In this document: positions 10,066-20,102 of the stretch, piece after piece
Layout of the letters: every line of letters begins with the position of its first letter
Numbering within the stretch: the first letter of the stretch is position 1
Assembly: GCA_963752155.1 (NCBI GenBank)
Contig: CAVVXH010000010.1
Location: 1 to 64,000 of the forward strand
Direction: 5' to 3'
Source of the DNA: an uncultured Parachlamydiaceae bacterium
GTDB lineage: Bacteria > Chlamydiota > Chlamydiia > Chlamydiales > Parachlamydiaceae
DNA: 64,000 bases
Translations under genes and position numbers: made by a program
The notes under the pieces: generated by a model
What the model was told of the DNA's origin: nothing
Databases searched by the model: none
Seen by the model: the letters and a program-made list of their open reading frames with translations, nothing else

Positions 10066-10773
10066 ATGTCTTCTGTTGTGATAAAATGCAAAAACATAAA
10101 AAAAACTTATGGGTTTGGAGAGAATAAGGTCGAAGCCTTGAAGAATACCAATCTAGACATTGACTCCGAAAAACTCACTTTGTTGGTAGGACCCTCAGGA
10201 TCGGGTAAAACAACCCTTGTGTCGATTATTGCAACGATATTAACTCCGGATGAAGGAGAGCTCATTTTACTGGGACAGAAGATAGATGGAATGGGGGAAA
10301 TTGAGAAAGCAAATTTTCGCTGTAACAATATCGGAATTGTTTTTCAGTCTCTTTTTCTTATTCCTACTTTAACAATTGCTGAAAATGTGGCTCTTCCGTT
10401 AATTGTGGGAGGGATGAAAGAAAAGCCTGCGCTTGAAAAAGCGATGCACTTTTTAGAACAAGTGCATTTAGCTCACCGTTCCCACGTGTCTCCAACCCTT
10501 TTATCCAAAGGTCAACAGCAACGTGTGGCTATTGCCCGTGCGATGATCAATGAGGCTTCAATCATCATTTGTGATGAGCCCACAAGTGCATTGGATCACG
10601 TTTCAGGATTTGAAATTATGGAATTCTTGCATTCAATTGCTCAAAATTCATCCAAAGCCGTCTTAGTAGTTACTCATGATCCACGCATATTTTCTTATGC
10701 GGATCGTATCATTCCTATGTGTGACGGTGAAATAACAGTTGACGAGATGTGTAATGAACAGAAAGTATTTTAA
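10066..10773 (+). CDS. ABC transporter ATP-binding protein (LolD/DevA-like)
   Basis: GPSGSGKT, LSKGQQQRVAIARA, CDEPTSALD, VTHD. Confidence 0.95.
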   Translation: MSSVVIKCKNIKKTYGFGENKVEALKNTNLDIDSEKLTLLVGPSGSGKTTLVSIIATILTPDEGELILLGQKIDGMGEIEKANFRCNNIGIVFQSLFLIPTLTIAENVALPLIVGGMKEKPALEKAMHFLEQVHLAHRSHVSPTLLSKGQQQRVAIARAMINEASIIICDEPTSALDHVSGFEIMEFLHSIAQNSSKAVLVVTHDPRIFSYADRIIPMCDGEITVDEMCNEQKVF

Positions 10774-11821
10774 TTGGATTATCTTGCTGGCAGCTCTCTG
10801 CATCCTTGGGGTCGCCCTTTTTATGTGGTCGGAAAGAACAGACAGCCGGAGTTTAATTCCTGTATCAGCGAGTTTAAGTCCGTCATCACCTTTTAAATCC
10901 TATATTTCGGCTGTAGGCATTGTGGAAGCAAGCAGCGAAAACATTAATGTTGGATCGCCAGTAAATCGTGTTGTTGACAAGGTCTTAGTGGCAGTGGGAG
11001 AAAAGGTCAAAGCCGGCGATGTGTTGTTTCGGTTGGAATCTCGCGATCTTAAAGCAGATTTAGAAACGCGTTGTATCGACTATGAAAACGCTAAAGCTAA
11101 TTTACAGAAATTAGAATCGTTGCCACGTCAAGAAGATGTAGTGGTTGCTTACGCCGCGCTTAAAAATGTTGAAGTTGACCTTGAACAAGCTAAAAGTCAA
11201 TATGATCGTGTGGCAGGCCTCCAGAATAGTGGCGCTATGAGTCAAGAAGAGGTTAATCGGAGAAAATACCTATTACAGCAAGCTGAGGCTAAAGTTTTGC
11301 AGGCCCAAGCAGAACTCACTAAAACTAAGGCAGGAGCATGGAAACCTGATCTAGAAATTGCGAAATTGCAAGTTCTACATGCTAAAGCCTATGTTCAACA
11401 GGTCGAAGAGGATATTAAGCGCACGATTATAGAATCTCCTATCGATGCGACGGTCTTGCAGGTTAAAATTCATGAAGGGGAATATCCACCGTCAGATTCA
11501 TCACGTACACCTCCAATGATTATTGGCGACATAGATACCATGCACCTAAGGGTCAATATCAATCAATTTGATGCCTCTTATTTTCATTCGGATGCGCCTG
11601 CTGTGGCTTATTTACAAGGAGATGCTAAAATTCAATTTAAATTGAAATTTGTGCAGCTAGAACCTTATTTTGTGACTAAGCAGAATCTAACGAATGAAAT
11701 TACAGAAAAAGTGGATACTCGCGTTCTACAGGTCATTTATGCCCTTGAAGATAACTCGCACAATGTTTTTGTTGGCCAACAGATGGATGTTTTTATTGAA
11801 ACTCATAAGAATCGATTATGA
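10754..11821 (+). CDS. Membrane fusion/periplasmic adaptor protein (HlyD/DevB-like)
   Basis: N-terminal TM, lipoyl-like VKAGDVLFRL and IESPIDATV, long coiled coil; ATG at 10754. Confidence 0.9.
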   Translation: MNRKYFNWIILLAALCILGVALFMWSERTDSRSLIPVSASLSPSSPFKSYISAVGIVEASSENINVGSPVNRVVDKVLVAVGEKVKAGDVLFRLESRDLKADLETRCIDYENAKANLQKLESLPRQEDVVVAYAALKNVEVDLEQAKSQYDRVAGLQNSGAMSQEEVNRRKYLLQQAEAKVLQAQAELTKTKAGAWKPDLEIAKLQVLHAKAYVQQVEEDIKRTIIESPIDATVLQVKIHEGEYPPSDSSRTPPMIIGDIDTMHLRVNINQFDASYFHSDAPAVAYLQGDAKIQFKLKFVQLEPYFVTKQNLTNEITEKVDTRVLQVIYALEDNSHNVFVGQQMDVFIETHKNRL

Positions 11822-13263
11822 AAAGTTTGTTCCCTAAATTTCTTTTACTGGCAAGCATGCTTGCGGGTTGTACGGTAGGACCTCGCTATGAGCCTCCTGA
11901 AATTGAAGTTCCATGTACTTGGCATAGTGAACTCTCTAAAAGTATGTATGAGCAACCTTCCGAACAGATCATTTGGTGGGAAAGTTTGCAAGATCCTTTG
12001 CTCAATGAACTGATGGATTTGGCTAGCATTCAAAACCTCGATCTATTTATTGCTGCGACACGAGTCCTTCAAGCTCGTTCTGAAATTAAGGCTAAAAGTG
12101 GTAGCCTGCTTCCTCATCTGGATGGATCTGCAAATTGCGGCCATGTTTACTATAGCAAAGATGCCTTAGTGAATGGATTGCTCGGAACAACTTCACATGG
12201 TAAATCCCGTCATCACGTCAGACGTAATGTTAATTTTTTTGAGCTCGGATTTGACGTAGAGTGGGAAATTGATTTTTTTGGAATGACAGCGCATGAAATT
12301 AGTGCATTAAAGGCACAGGAGGAGGCTGTTCAAGATGAGCTATGTGGAATTTGGGTGACTCTTTCGGCAGAAATTGCCAGAAATTATATTGAATTGAGAG
12401 GATTTCAACAAAGTTTGAAGAATATTCAACGAAGAGTACAAGTCCAAGAGTATGCGATTCAATTGACGCAAGAGTTGCAGGGGAGGGGAATTCTGAATGA
12501 TGGGGATGTCAGTCGAGAACAAGCTGAATGGAACACTTTGAAGGCAGAAGAGCCTCTAGTAGAGCTGAGTATAGCCAGAGCCATCCATCGCCTATCGATT
12601 CTCATTGGATGTGCTCCTGGGGACTTATTTGAGTGTTTTGAGATTGCGGAGTTGCCACAGTTGCCTACCGAACAATTGATTGGAATACCTTCTGATTTAT
12701 TGAGACGGCGTCCGGATATCACAAAAGCAGAAAGAGAATTGGCAGCAGCTACAGAACGTGTCGCGAGTGCTATTGCGGGACTATTTCCTCGTTTTTCATT
12801 AAATGGTTTTCTTGGAGATATTAGTACCCATGTCGGATCTCTTTTTAAACCTGCAAGTGCGACTTGGTTTGCAGGACCGCAATTGATGGTGCCAATTTTC
12901 AATAGTCGGCTGTTGATGCAAGATGTTGAGTACAATAAGATTGCAACAAAGCAGGCAATTTATAATTATCAAAAGAAGGTGCTAGAGGCTTTAGAGGAAA
13001 CTGAAAATGCGATTGCGTCTTATCATCACCAAGAAGAGCGTTCTGGATTTCTTGAAAATGCGTATCATCAGAATGAAGAGGCGTATAAATTTGCTGAAGA
13101 GTTGTATCATAGGGGGCTTACTGATTATTTTGCGGTCAATACATCAGCTAAGGCGTATTTTGTTTCAGAAGAGATGTATAGGCAAAGCCAAGTTGATTTG
13201 CTTTTGAGTTATGTGTCTCTACACAAGGCGCTTGGGGGAAGCATTAAGGAACAGGGGCTGTAG
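11818..13263 (+). CDS. Outer membrane efflux lipoprotein (NodT/OprM/TolC family)
   Basis: Lipobox LAGC-TVGP, WEIDFFG, LLRRRPDI..AE, C-terminal KALGG. Confidence 0.95.
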   Translation: MKSLFPKFLLLASMLAGCTVGPRYEPPEIEVPCTWHSELSKSMYEQPSEQIIWWESLQDPLLNELMDLASIQNLDLFIAATRVLQARSEIKAKSGSLLPHLDGSANCGHVYYSKDALVNGLLGTTSHGKSRHHVRRNVNFFELGFDVEWEIDFFGMTAHEISALKAQEEAVQDELCGIWVTLSAEIARNYIELRGFQQSLKNIQRRVQVQEYAIQLTQELQGRGILNDGDVSREQAEWNTLKAEEPLVELSIARAIHRLSILIGCAPGDLFECFEIAELPQLPTEQLIGIPSDLLRRRPDITKAERELAAATERVASAIAGLFPRFSLNGFLGDISTHVGSLFKPASATWFAGPQLMVPIFNSRLLMQDVEYNKIATKQAIYNYQKKVLEALEETENAIASYHHQEERSGFLENAYHQNEEAYKFAEELYHRGLTDYFAVNTSAKAYFVSEEMYRQSQVDLLLSYVSLHKALGGSIKEQGL

Positions 13264-13483
13264 TCATTATTCCATAGCCTCTAAGCAGTTCAAACCACTG
13301 CGTAAAGTCGTAACAGCCCAAAAATTTGCGCAAACTGTAGCTCATCATTCCGATATTAAATTATCTTGCAGAGGTCTGCCAATATTGTTTCTCTTCAATT
13401 CCTAACATTTTAAGTATGCTCAAATGCAAATCAGATAGTTCATCATGATAATGTTCAATGAATGATATCACCACCTTCCTCAA

Positions 13484-13907
13484 TTATCGTTCTTATCGTT
13501 CTTATCGTCTATACCGTTGATCTACAGTAGCAACAGAACATGTCAAGCTGTGAACATCAATGAGATTGCAGTAAAACAAGCTCAAAATGCCCTGTGAGTT
13601 GGATGTGTAGACGTAATCAACGATGCAACGATACAACGATAAAAACGATAAGAACGATAAAAACGATAAAAACGATAAAAACGATAAAAACGATAAGAAC
13701 GATAGAAACGATAAAATTTGTGGAATACAGTACGTCCGATTTCTTAAAGATTCTTCTAGACTAATCGAAAAGTCATCATTGTTTTGCAGCCTTTTCCATT
13801 CTAATAAAACAACAGTTCAGAATGGCGTCCGTCAATTCATGATGAGGTAATTTCTTGTCTTCTTCCATCGTTCCTATCGTTCTTATCGTTCTTAATCGTT
13901 TTATCGC
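13484..13907. repeat. 9-bp tandem repeat AACGATAA(A/G) x9 (13635-13715) flanked by shorter inverted tracts
   Basis: Directly visible; reverse-complement tracts at 13484-13509 and about 13867-13907. Confidence 0.9.
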
Positions 13908-14235
13908 TCAAAAGGAAGGTCGTATTTATTGATTGAAGGAGAGGTGATTTCGGGGTCAAATTTGAAAAATGTTCCGAAAAATGAATAAAAAAAAAGTGTA
14001 GACCTAACCCCACGCACTAGTATACAATGTTTTTCGGGTAAAATCTTGCATCACTTTTACCTGAGGAAAGTAAGGGGCACGGGCACGCACGCACGCAGGC
14101 ACGAAAGTTTAGCGGGAATTGCTGATTAACAAGCCACCGCACATTAACAAGCCACACTATTTACGGTAAAAAACAAAAAATGCTATAGTTAGACTATAAT
14201 AATGGTAATTATTTTTCGTATGTGGGAGGTACACT

Positions 14236-15948
14236 ATGCATTACACATTACACTTAAATGTTGGAGATAAAAATCTAGATATCAAGTTTATGGAACAAGA
14301 AAAACCTACAAAAGATAGTATTCAGTTCAATGGACGAAATTATTCGATTGAATGTCCAGAAGATCAAAAAGACTTTTTTAAAAGCGTCATCGAAAATGTC
14401 TTAGGACAAGCAGATCAACCTGAAAGTTTTGCACAACTTAAAGACAAAATCATTGAGCACTTAAACTCTAATGATCAAGCACAAGCCAAAACAATCTCTA
14501 GAATATCACAAAAAGAATTAAATCTTGATTCGAAAATAAATAATGATACTGTTATTAAGGGTGAGATAGCTCAAAAAATGGATCGCCATTTAGAATCAAT
14601 TCATAATTTAATTTCATTTAGTGGAACTGTTTTAGTAAAAAAAGATGGAGAAACGATTCTTAAAAAGGGATATGGCGAAGCGAGTTCGCAAGCACCTAAT
14701 TCAACAAATACAGTTTTTCAGATTGCCTCTGTGACTAAACAATTTACCGCAGCAGCTATTTTGAAGCTCGTTGAAGATGGAGAGAAATCTGGAGCAGTCA
14801 ATCCAATCAAATTGGATGATCCAATAAATAAACACTTACCTACAGAATTACAATCTAAAGAATGGGATCAAATCCAAATTCAACATTTATTATCCCATCG
14901 TTCAGGCTTGATAACCAATGATGAAAGTGATGAATTCAAAAAAGCTAAAGAAGCAAAATTGAATAATAAAGATAATAAAGAAGAATTTAAGCCATCTAAA
15001 TCGGAGCTAATTGCTTTGTTTCAAGATAAGAAATTGAGAGGGGATGTTGATAAAGAAACTCATTATTCAAATTTTGGATATTATTTGCTTGGTGCAATTA
15101 TAGAACATCATACAGGTAGGGCTTACGGAGATTTTATCAAAACGATTTTACCCCCAGAAATGAAATCTACAGGATATTATGAAGATGAGAACTATAAAAA
15201 ATTAGATCCATCGCGCGTTGCCACCGGTTATCATTTGAATCTTGATCAGGAATTGGAACCGCATAGAGGGGCGGTTGCTACAGAAGCTTATGCAGCAGGA
15301 GGGCTGTATTCTAGCGTGGATGATTTATCTAAGTGGAATGAAGCGTTATTAAGTGGAAATATTATTAGAAGCAGTTCAGTCAAACAAATGACAACATCCC
15401 ATGGAGTTGACCCTATGACTCTTCAAAGTTTTGGATATGGTCTTGAAAGAGGCTTAATTGCCGAAAGAGACGCTGTGTTTCATGGCGGAACTCTTGATGG
15501 ATTTAAGGCTCAATCATGTACCTTTCTAAGTGATGATCCTAGAAAATCAGATATGATTATCATTTTATCAAATGATTACGATATACCAGAAATAAATATC
15601 CGAAATAATTTAGCTTCAATCCTTAATAATAAGGAGTTTGAGGATTTTGCTGATAGTTCCAATAAATCATTTTTTCCTAGTGGAGAAGTCTACCATAAAG
15701 AAGGAACTCCAGATCATAAATTTATTGAAAAGAATGGTAAATATTATCTTCTTGTAGGTCCTTCACCAGTAGGAAAAACCAAAGTAGGTGAAGAAAAAGA
15801 AGATAAACCAGTAATTGAAACACGTTTTCTTGCACCATTAAATAATGGACGTTATTTAGATATAAAATGGGGAGTTCGATGGGAATTTAGCGAAGGGATA
15901 GCGCGAGGAATTGATCGTGCGGGTGTAGCAGGAGAGTTAAAAAGCTAG
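14236..15948 (+). CDS. Serine hydrolase, beta-lactamase/AmpC-like family, with ~100 aa N-terminal extension
   Basis: FQIASVTK (SxxK), LLSHRSG, YSNFGY, AAGGLYSS, HGG. Confidence 0.9.
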   Translation: MHYTLHLNVGDKNLDIKFMEQEKPTKDSIQFNGRNYSIECPEDQKDFFKSVIENVLGQADQPESFAQLKDKIIEHLNSNDQAQAKTISRISQKELNLDSKINNDTVIKGEIAQKMDRHLESIHNLISFSGTVLVKKDGETILKKGYGEASSQAPNSTNTVFQIASVTKQFTAAAILKLVEDGEKSGAVNPIKLDDPINKHLPTELQSKEWDQIQIQHLLSHRSGLITNDESDEFKKAKEAKLNNKDNKEEFKPSKSELIALFQDKKLRGDVDKETHYSNFGYYLLGAIIEHHTGRAYGDFIKTILPPEMKSTGYYEDENYKKLDPSRVATGYHLNLDQELEPHRGAVATEAYAAGGLYSSVDDLSKWNEALLSGNIIRSSSVKQMTTSHGVDPMTLQSFGYGLERGLIAERDAVFHGGTLDGFKAQSCTFLSDDPRKSDMIIILSNDYDIPEINIRNNLASILNNKEFEDFADSSNKSFFPSGEVYHKEGTPDHKFIEKNGKYYLLVGPSPVGKTKVGEEKEDKPVIETRFLAPLNNGRYLDIKWGVRWEFSEGIARGIDRAGVAGELKS

Positions 15949-15957
15949 GACGTTCCT

Positions 15958-18900
15958 TCAATCAAAATTTTTTACTTCTACTGGAGGAGATGTAGTAACT
16001 TCTTTCCAATAGTTTTTTGCCCAACTGGCGAGTTCAAATTTATTATTATTTTCCAGTTTTGTTAGAATCTTCTGAACTAAATAATTTGTGTGGTCCTTAA
16101 ATTTACTGAGGTTTTTTAATAATTCCTGCATTCCAAGAGGGACTTTACCCTCTGGACCAGGAATTTCATCTCCAAAATATTTTATAATTTTTTCAATAGC
16201 CATATCTTCATAAGGAGTTGCACCCAGTATTCTATAGAGTTCAAAACTCAGTGCAGCAGGATTTTGTTCTTGTGCTATTTTATTTAAGCTGGTTTCAATA
16301 TTTTGTAAAATAGCTTTATGATGCTCAAATTTAGCAAATCCAAGGTCAAAAACTTCAAGCTGAGACAAATTTGACGGAGGAGGCTGATTGGGATTTTCTA
16401 GCCATATTTCGCATAAAATCGTCGAAGCTGTTCTTAAGATTGCATATCTTGCCATTGTAGTGTCAAAGTTTCTTTCAGTAAGTTGTTGAAAAATATCCTG
16501 TTTGCTCATTTGACTGAATAATGATTTCATTTGATCCATGGCTTCATTAAATTGTTTTTCTCCTTGAGCTATTTCAACTAATTTAATTTCAGCTTTTAAT
16601 TTTCTTAGAACAGAGGGAAGATTGTCCTGTATAACTTCATCAACTTCATTCAAATTATCGTTGTGATATGCTATAAATAAATTTGTTTTGATCATTTTAT
16701 ATACAGCTTCTTTTTCTGCGGGAGAACCCTCAGCCATTTGCATACATTGATGACGCAGGAAAGCCATGAGGTTTTGCATTGCACAAGTGCCAGAAGCTTG
16801 TTTGGCCTCATAGTCTTCTTGATGCTTTGAAGGCGGCAACACTGTTCCTCCTTTTCCTAATTTATCACGAATATTCATATAGGTTGGGTTCATGTCTTTT
16901 GCTTCAGATTTATTTGTAAAAATTTCTTTCCAAGCATCTTTATTTACTATCGATTCCATCGGAATGTTATCAATAATGTAATGAGTTTGATAGCGTGTAG
17001 AGTTTTCCCAACGTGCATGCCAAGTTAACACTCCTTGTCCGGTGTTGTATTGAGTTAATTTAAATGTTCCTGACCCATTTTTTTCTACTAACAGGCTTGT
17101 AGCATGCTCCTTCGACCCTGTTGGTATTAACACGCTCTCTCCCGGCTTCATATTTCGAATTCGTTCTAAGATTTTTTGTGCTGCTAATTCGGGACTTAGT
17201 TCACAAAAGATAATAAATTCACTTAATAATTCACTTAATTTGTTGAAATTTTCTGTGTTAGTAAATGATTTTTCGGTTAAAGATGCATTTAATTTTTCAT
17301 TTTTAGCCATACTCTTTAATGCATTGATCATAGAATAAGCCATATTTGTAGAGTAAGAAGCTATATAATTTTCACTTTTTTGGAACATTAATTTATCCAT
17401 CATAAAATGGAAAATTGTTTTATTTACATGCCAACCCATTAACTCAACATCATCACTTGATTGAGATAAATCATGTCTATTTATTTTTGCTGTTATATTG
17501 TTAAACTGATAATGTCCCATTATGGTTAATTTTGCCACAATTTCCCATTCTTTTTGATGTGCTGCATATTGTTTAAATAGATTTTTATCAATTACGTCTA
17601 AATTGTTTACTGTTATGCTTCCGATTTTTAAATTTTTAATTAATTCAGAGAATTTATTAAAAAGTTCTCTCAAATCATTTGTTAGAATATCAATTTTCTG
17701 TTTGAGGTCTTCTATTATAGGGAATTTTCCTTTGTCGTATTTCTTGTAATTTTCATCAAACTCATTTATTAGATCAAGAGAATCTAGTTTGCTAGCAGTA
17801 AATAATTGATGGAAAATTGAATGAATTTTCCTATGCGCTTTAAGCTCATCATCATTCATGTATGTGGATAAATTATTATGCAAATCATTAGGCAAAAGAA
17901 GAGATTCTCTTAATATGTTTAATACGGAAGTTTCAGGATTAATTGTCAAATAAACTACGTTTGATAAAAGTTCTTGTGCAGCTAAACTTTTAATGAACTG
18001 AAAATCCTGGGGTTCCGATAACTTACGAGAACACACTTTCCCTGCAACCTCTTGAATACAATACATCTGTTCATAAGGTATGGGGGTTAATTTCGGAGTA
18101 TTTATTAGCATCCAATTTATTATTGAGATTAAATTTTGATCAGATTTCAAAGAATCATCAGGAGAGCATTTACTTCCAATTATAGCAGATTTACATCCGA
18201 TCCAAAGCTCTTCAGTAAACTCTTTAATATCATGTGTTTTAGAATATTTATTGATTAATTCGATTAACATGGGAATAGCATTTTCATTCTTAGCTAAATT
18301 TTGTATTTGATTGATGAAGTAAATAGGAGTTGGAACATCTTTGATCTTTTGATTTGGTTGAGCAAGACTCAGTAATAGAGCGCAAGAGAATGTACCTTTC
18401 TGAACAGCTAGGTCCAAAGGACTGATGTTTGCATTTTCTGGAGAAGTCTTAAGTTCTGGATTTGCCCCATAGTCCAACAGAAGCTTTAAAAGCTGGAAAT
18501 TGTCTTCATTCACTGCAATATGTAGAGCTGTAGCCCCATTTTGTTTCTGTGTATTGATGTTAAATCCTCCCATTAAGCACTCAAAAGCTAGCTGATTAAT
18601 AGCAAAGGATTTGTTACGGCACAACTCATGAAATAAATAATCTCCATTTTCCGGATTTCTCACTGTAATGTTAAGTTCTGGATTATGAAGAGCTTGCTTA
18701 ATAGCATTTGCTTGCGCTGGATCTGCTAAACAGATCTCCTGTTCATTAGAATTAAGTTTTAAAAAATTATCAATCATTGTTTTATCAATTAACAAAAGAA
18801 GATTGCTTGCTTTGGAATGACAAGTTGCGGCTGTTATTTGTTGTGCATTGGAATCGGAGTCTTTAATGTCATCTCTGCAATAGGAGTCCAATTCACAAAT

Positions 18901-19101
18901 TTTCCTTCCCGCCTCATATAAAGTGGGAATTGTATTTAGATTTGAAGGGTCTAAATTATTACTTATTTCTTTAAGCGAATTTATAATTAAATTTAATTGA
19001 GAAGAATCATGTTTAGAAGAAGAAAGTTTTATATTTTGGTTTTTATTATACGAATCAAATATTTGACAACAATCATTAATGTGGAATTGAACATTGTTCA
19101 T
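15958..19101 (-). CDS. Ankyrin-repeat protein with putative CE-clan-like cysteine protease domain
   Basis: GATALHIAV and ISPLDLAV ankyrins; later KEHATSL...YNTGQG...KQASGTC (His, Asn, Gln, Cys order). Confidence 0.7.
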   Translation of the reverse strand: MNNVQFHINDCCQIFDSYNKNQNIKLSSSKHDSSQLNLIINSLKEISNNLDPSNLNTIPTLYEAGRKICELDSYCRDDIKDSDSNAQQITAATCHSKASNLLLLIDKTMIDNFLKLNSNEQEICLADPAQANAIKQALHNPELNITVRNPENGDYLFHELCRNKSFAINQLAFECLMGGFNINTQKQNGATALHIAVNEDNFQLLKLLLDYGANPELKTSPENANISPLDLAVQKGTFSCALLLSLAQPNQKIKDVPTPIYFINQIQNLAKNENAIPMLIELINKYSKTHDIKEFTEELWIGCKSAIIGSKCSPDDSLKSDQNLISIINWMLINTPKLTPIPYEQMYCIQEVAGKVCSRKLSEPQDFQFIKSLAAQELLSNVVYLTINPETSVLNILRESLLLPNDLHNNLSTYMNDDELKAHRKIHSIFHQLFTASKLDSLDLINEFDENYKKYDKGKFPIIEDLKQKIDILTNDLRELFNKFSELIKNLKIGSITVNNLDVIDKNLFKQYAAHQKEWEIVAKLTIMGHYQFNNITAKINRHDLSQSSDDVELMGWHVNKTIFHFMMDKLMFQKSENYIASYSTNMAYSMINALKSMAKNEKLNASLTEKSFTNTENFNKLSELLSEFIIFCELSPELAAQKILERIRNMKPGESVLIPTGSKEHATSLLVEKNGSGTFKLTQYNTGQGVLTWHARWENSTRYQTHYIIDNIPMESIVNKDAWKEIFTNKSEAKDMNPTYMNIRDKLGKGGTVLPPSKHQEDYEAKQASGTCAMQNLMAFLRHQCMQMAEGSPAEKEAVYKMIKTNLFIAYHNDNLNEVDEVIQDNLPSVLRKLKAEIKLVEIAQGEKQFNEAMDQMKSLFSQMSKQDIFQQLTERNFDTTMARYAILRTASTILCEIWLENPNQPPPSNLSQLEVFDLGFAKFEHHKAILQNIETSLNKIAQEQNPAALSFELYRILGATPYEDMAIEKIIKYFGDEIPGPEGKVPLGMQELLKNLSKFKDHTNYLVQKILTKLENNNKFELASWAKNYWKEVTTSPPVEVKNFD

Positions 19102-19191
19102 AATGTCACCATGTTTCTATAACATTAATAGAGTCTAATTATAAATATTATTATATGGATATTAATAAATAACTGTCAAATGATGCGTTGT

Positions 19192-19223
19192 AAATGTCAA
19201 GGTCAGGCACCAATGGCAGGCGC
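19192..19223. repeat. Degenerate half copy of palindrome B
   Basis: AAATGTCA..GGTCAGGCACCAATGGCAGGCGC matches the B right arm. Confidence 0.75.
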
Positions 19224-19318
19224 TCTCGTGAATTAACACTAACCATTTTTTTTTAATTTATTAAAATTATTTTATGATATACTAAAAGAATAAAGGAAGT
19301 TGGAGCTAAGGGGGTCAT

Positions 19319-20059
19319 ATGGAATCTAACTTGCAAAAAGATAGTATGGAGAATCGTGAACTCGTAAGGCGATCGATGATGATAGCTCAAGGTGTGCCGA
19401 TGTCAATGTTAATTGCCGATGCAGGATTGAAAGAAGAAAAAGAAGAGGTTGAAAAAAAGCTTGTACAAAAAAATATAGATTTGCTTGTTCTTTCCTTCGA
19501 AAAGGGATATAAAATTTTAATTGCCGAGATTAAAAACAAAGTTCAAGACGATCAGTATACAGTTAGCGCCGACCTTGAACCTATCCTCGTAGAAGAATTT
19601 CAGATAGATGATGAAACAATGAATTTGTTGAAGGAAGAAATTTCTGAAGGAGAAAATCCACCCCCACCACTTTTTGAATTATGCGATTTTTCTGAAGACA
19701 TTCTTATAATATTTTACGATTTAGGAGTTAAATTATATGAAGAAGCGCGTTATGCTGATTCAATCGATGCCTTTATTTTTTTAACAAGGCTTTACCCAAC
19801 TATGCAATCTTTTTGGACGGGATTAGGGCTTTGTTATGAGAAAAATTTAGAGTTTGACAAGGCAATTGATTCATTTGAACAGGCAATAAAAGTAGAACCT
19901 TCAAATTTCTCACCAGTTTATGGTCTCATTCGATGTTGTGAATCTATTAAAGATTTCTCTAAATTGACGAGGATACTTGAAGAGCAAAAAGAAAATGAAG
20001 TTATAAAATCGGATGTTGAAGAAGTTTTAGCCTATATCAAGGATAAAAAAATACATTGA
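19319..20059 (+). CDS. TPR protein, SycD/LcrH-like type III secretion chaperone
   Basis: YDLGVKLYEEARYADSIDAF...FWTGLGLCYE...AIDSFEQA TPR pattern; acidic. Confidence 0.7.
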   Translation: MESNLQKDSMENRELVRRSMMIAQGVPMSMLIADAGLKEEKEEVEKKLVQKNIDLLVLSFEKGYKILIAEIKNKVQDDQYTVSADLEPILVEEFQIDDETMNLLKEEISEGENPPPPLFELCDFSEDILIIFYDLGVKLYEEARYADSIDAFIFLTRLYPTMQSFWTGLGLCYEKNLEFDKAIDSFEQAIKVEPSNFSPVYGLIRCCESIKDFSKLTRILEEQKENEVIKSDVEEVLAYIKDKKIH

Positions 20060-20102
20060 AATTTTCAATGATTTTAAATAAAAAATACAATCAGAGGTAA
20101 TT

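Noticed and set aside
13623..13850. ORF with (NDK)n repeats
   Set aside because: Simply the translation of the 9-bp DNA repeat, which also occurs inverted nearby; no other coding evidence.
13484..13907. CRISPR array
   Set aside because: 9-bp units without unique spacers; no cas genes in the window.
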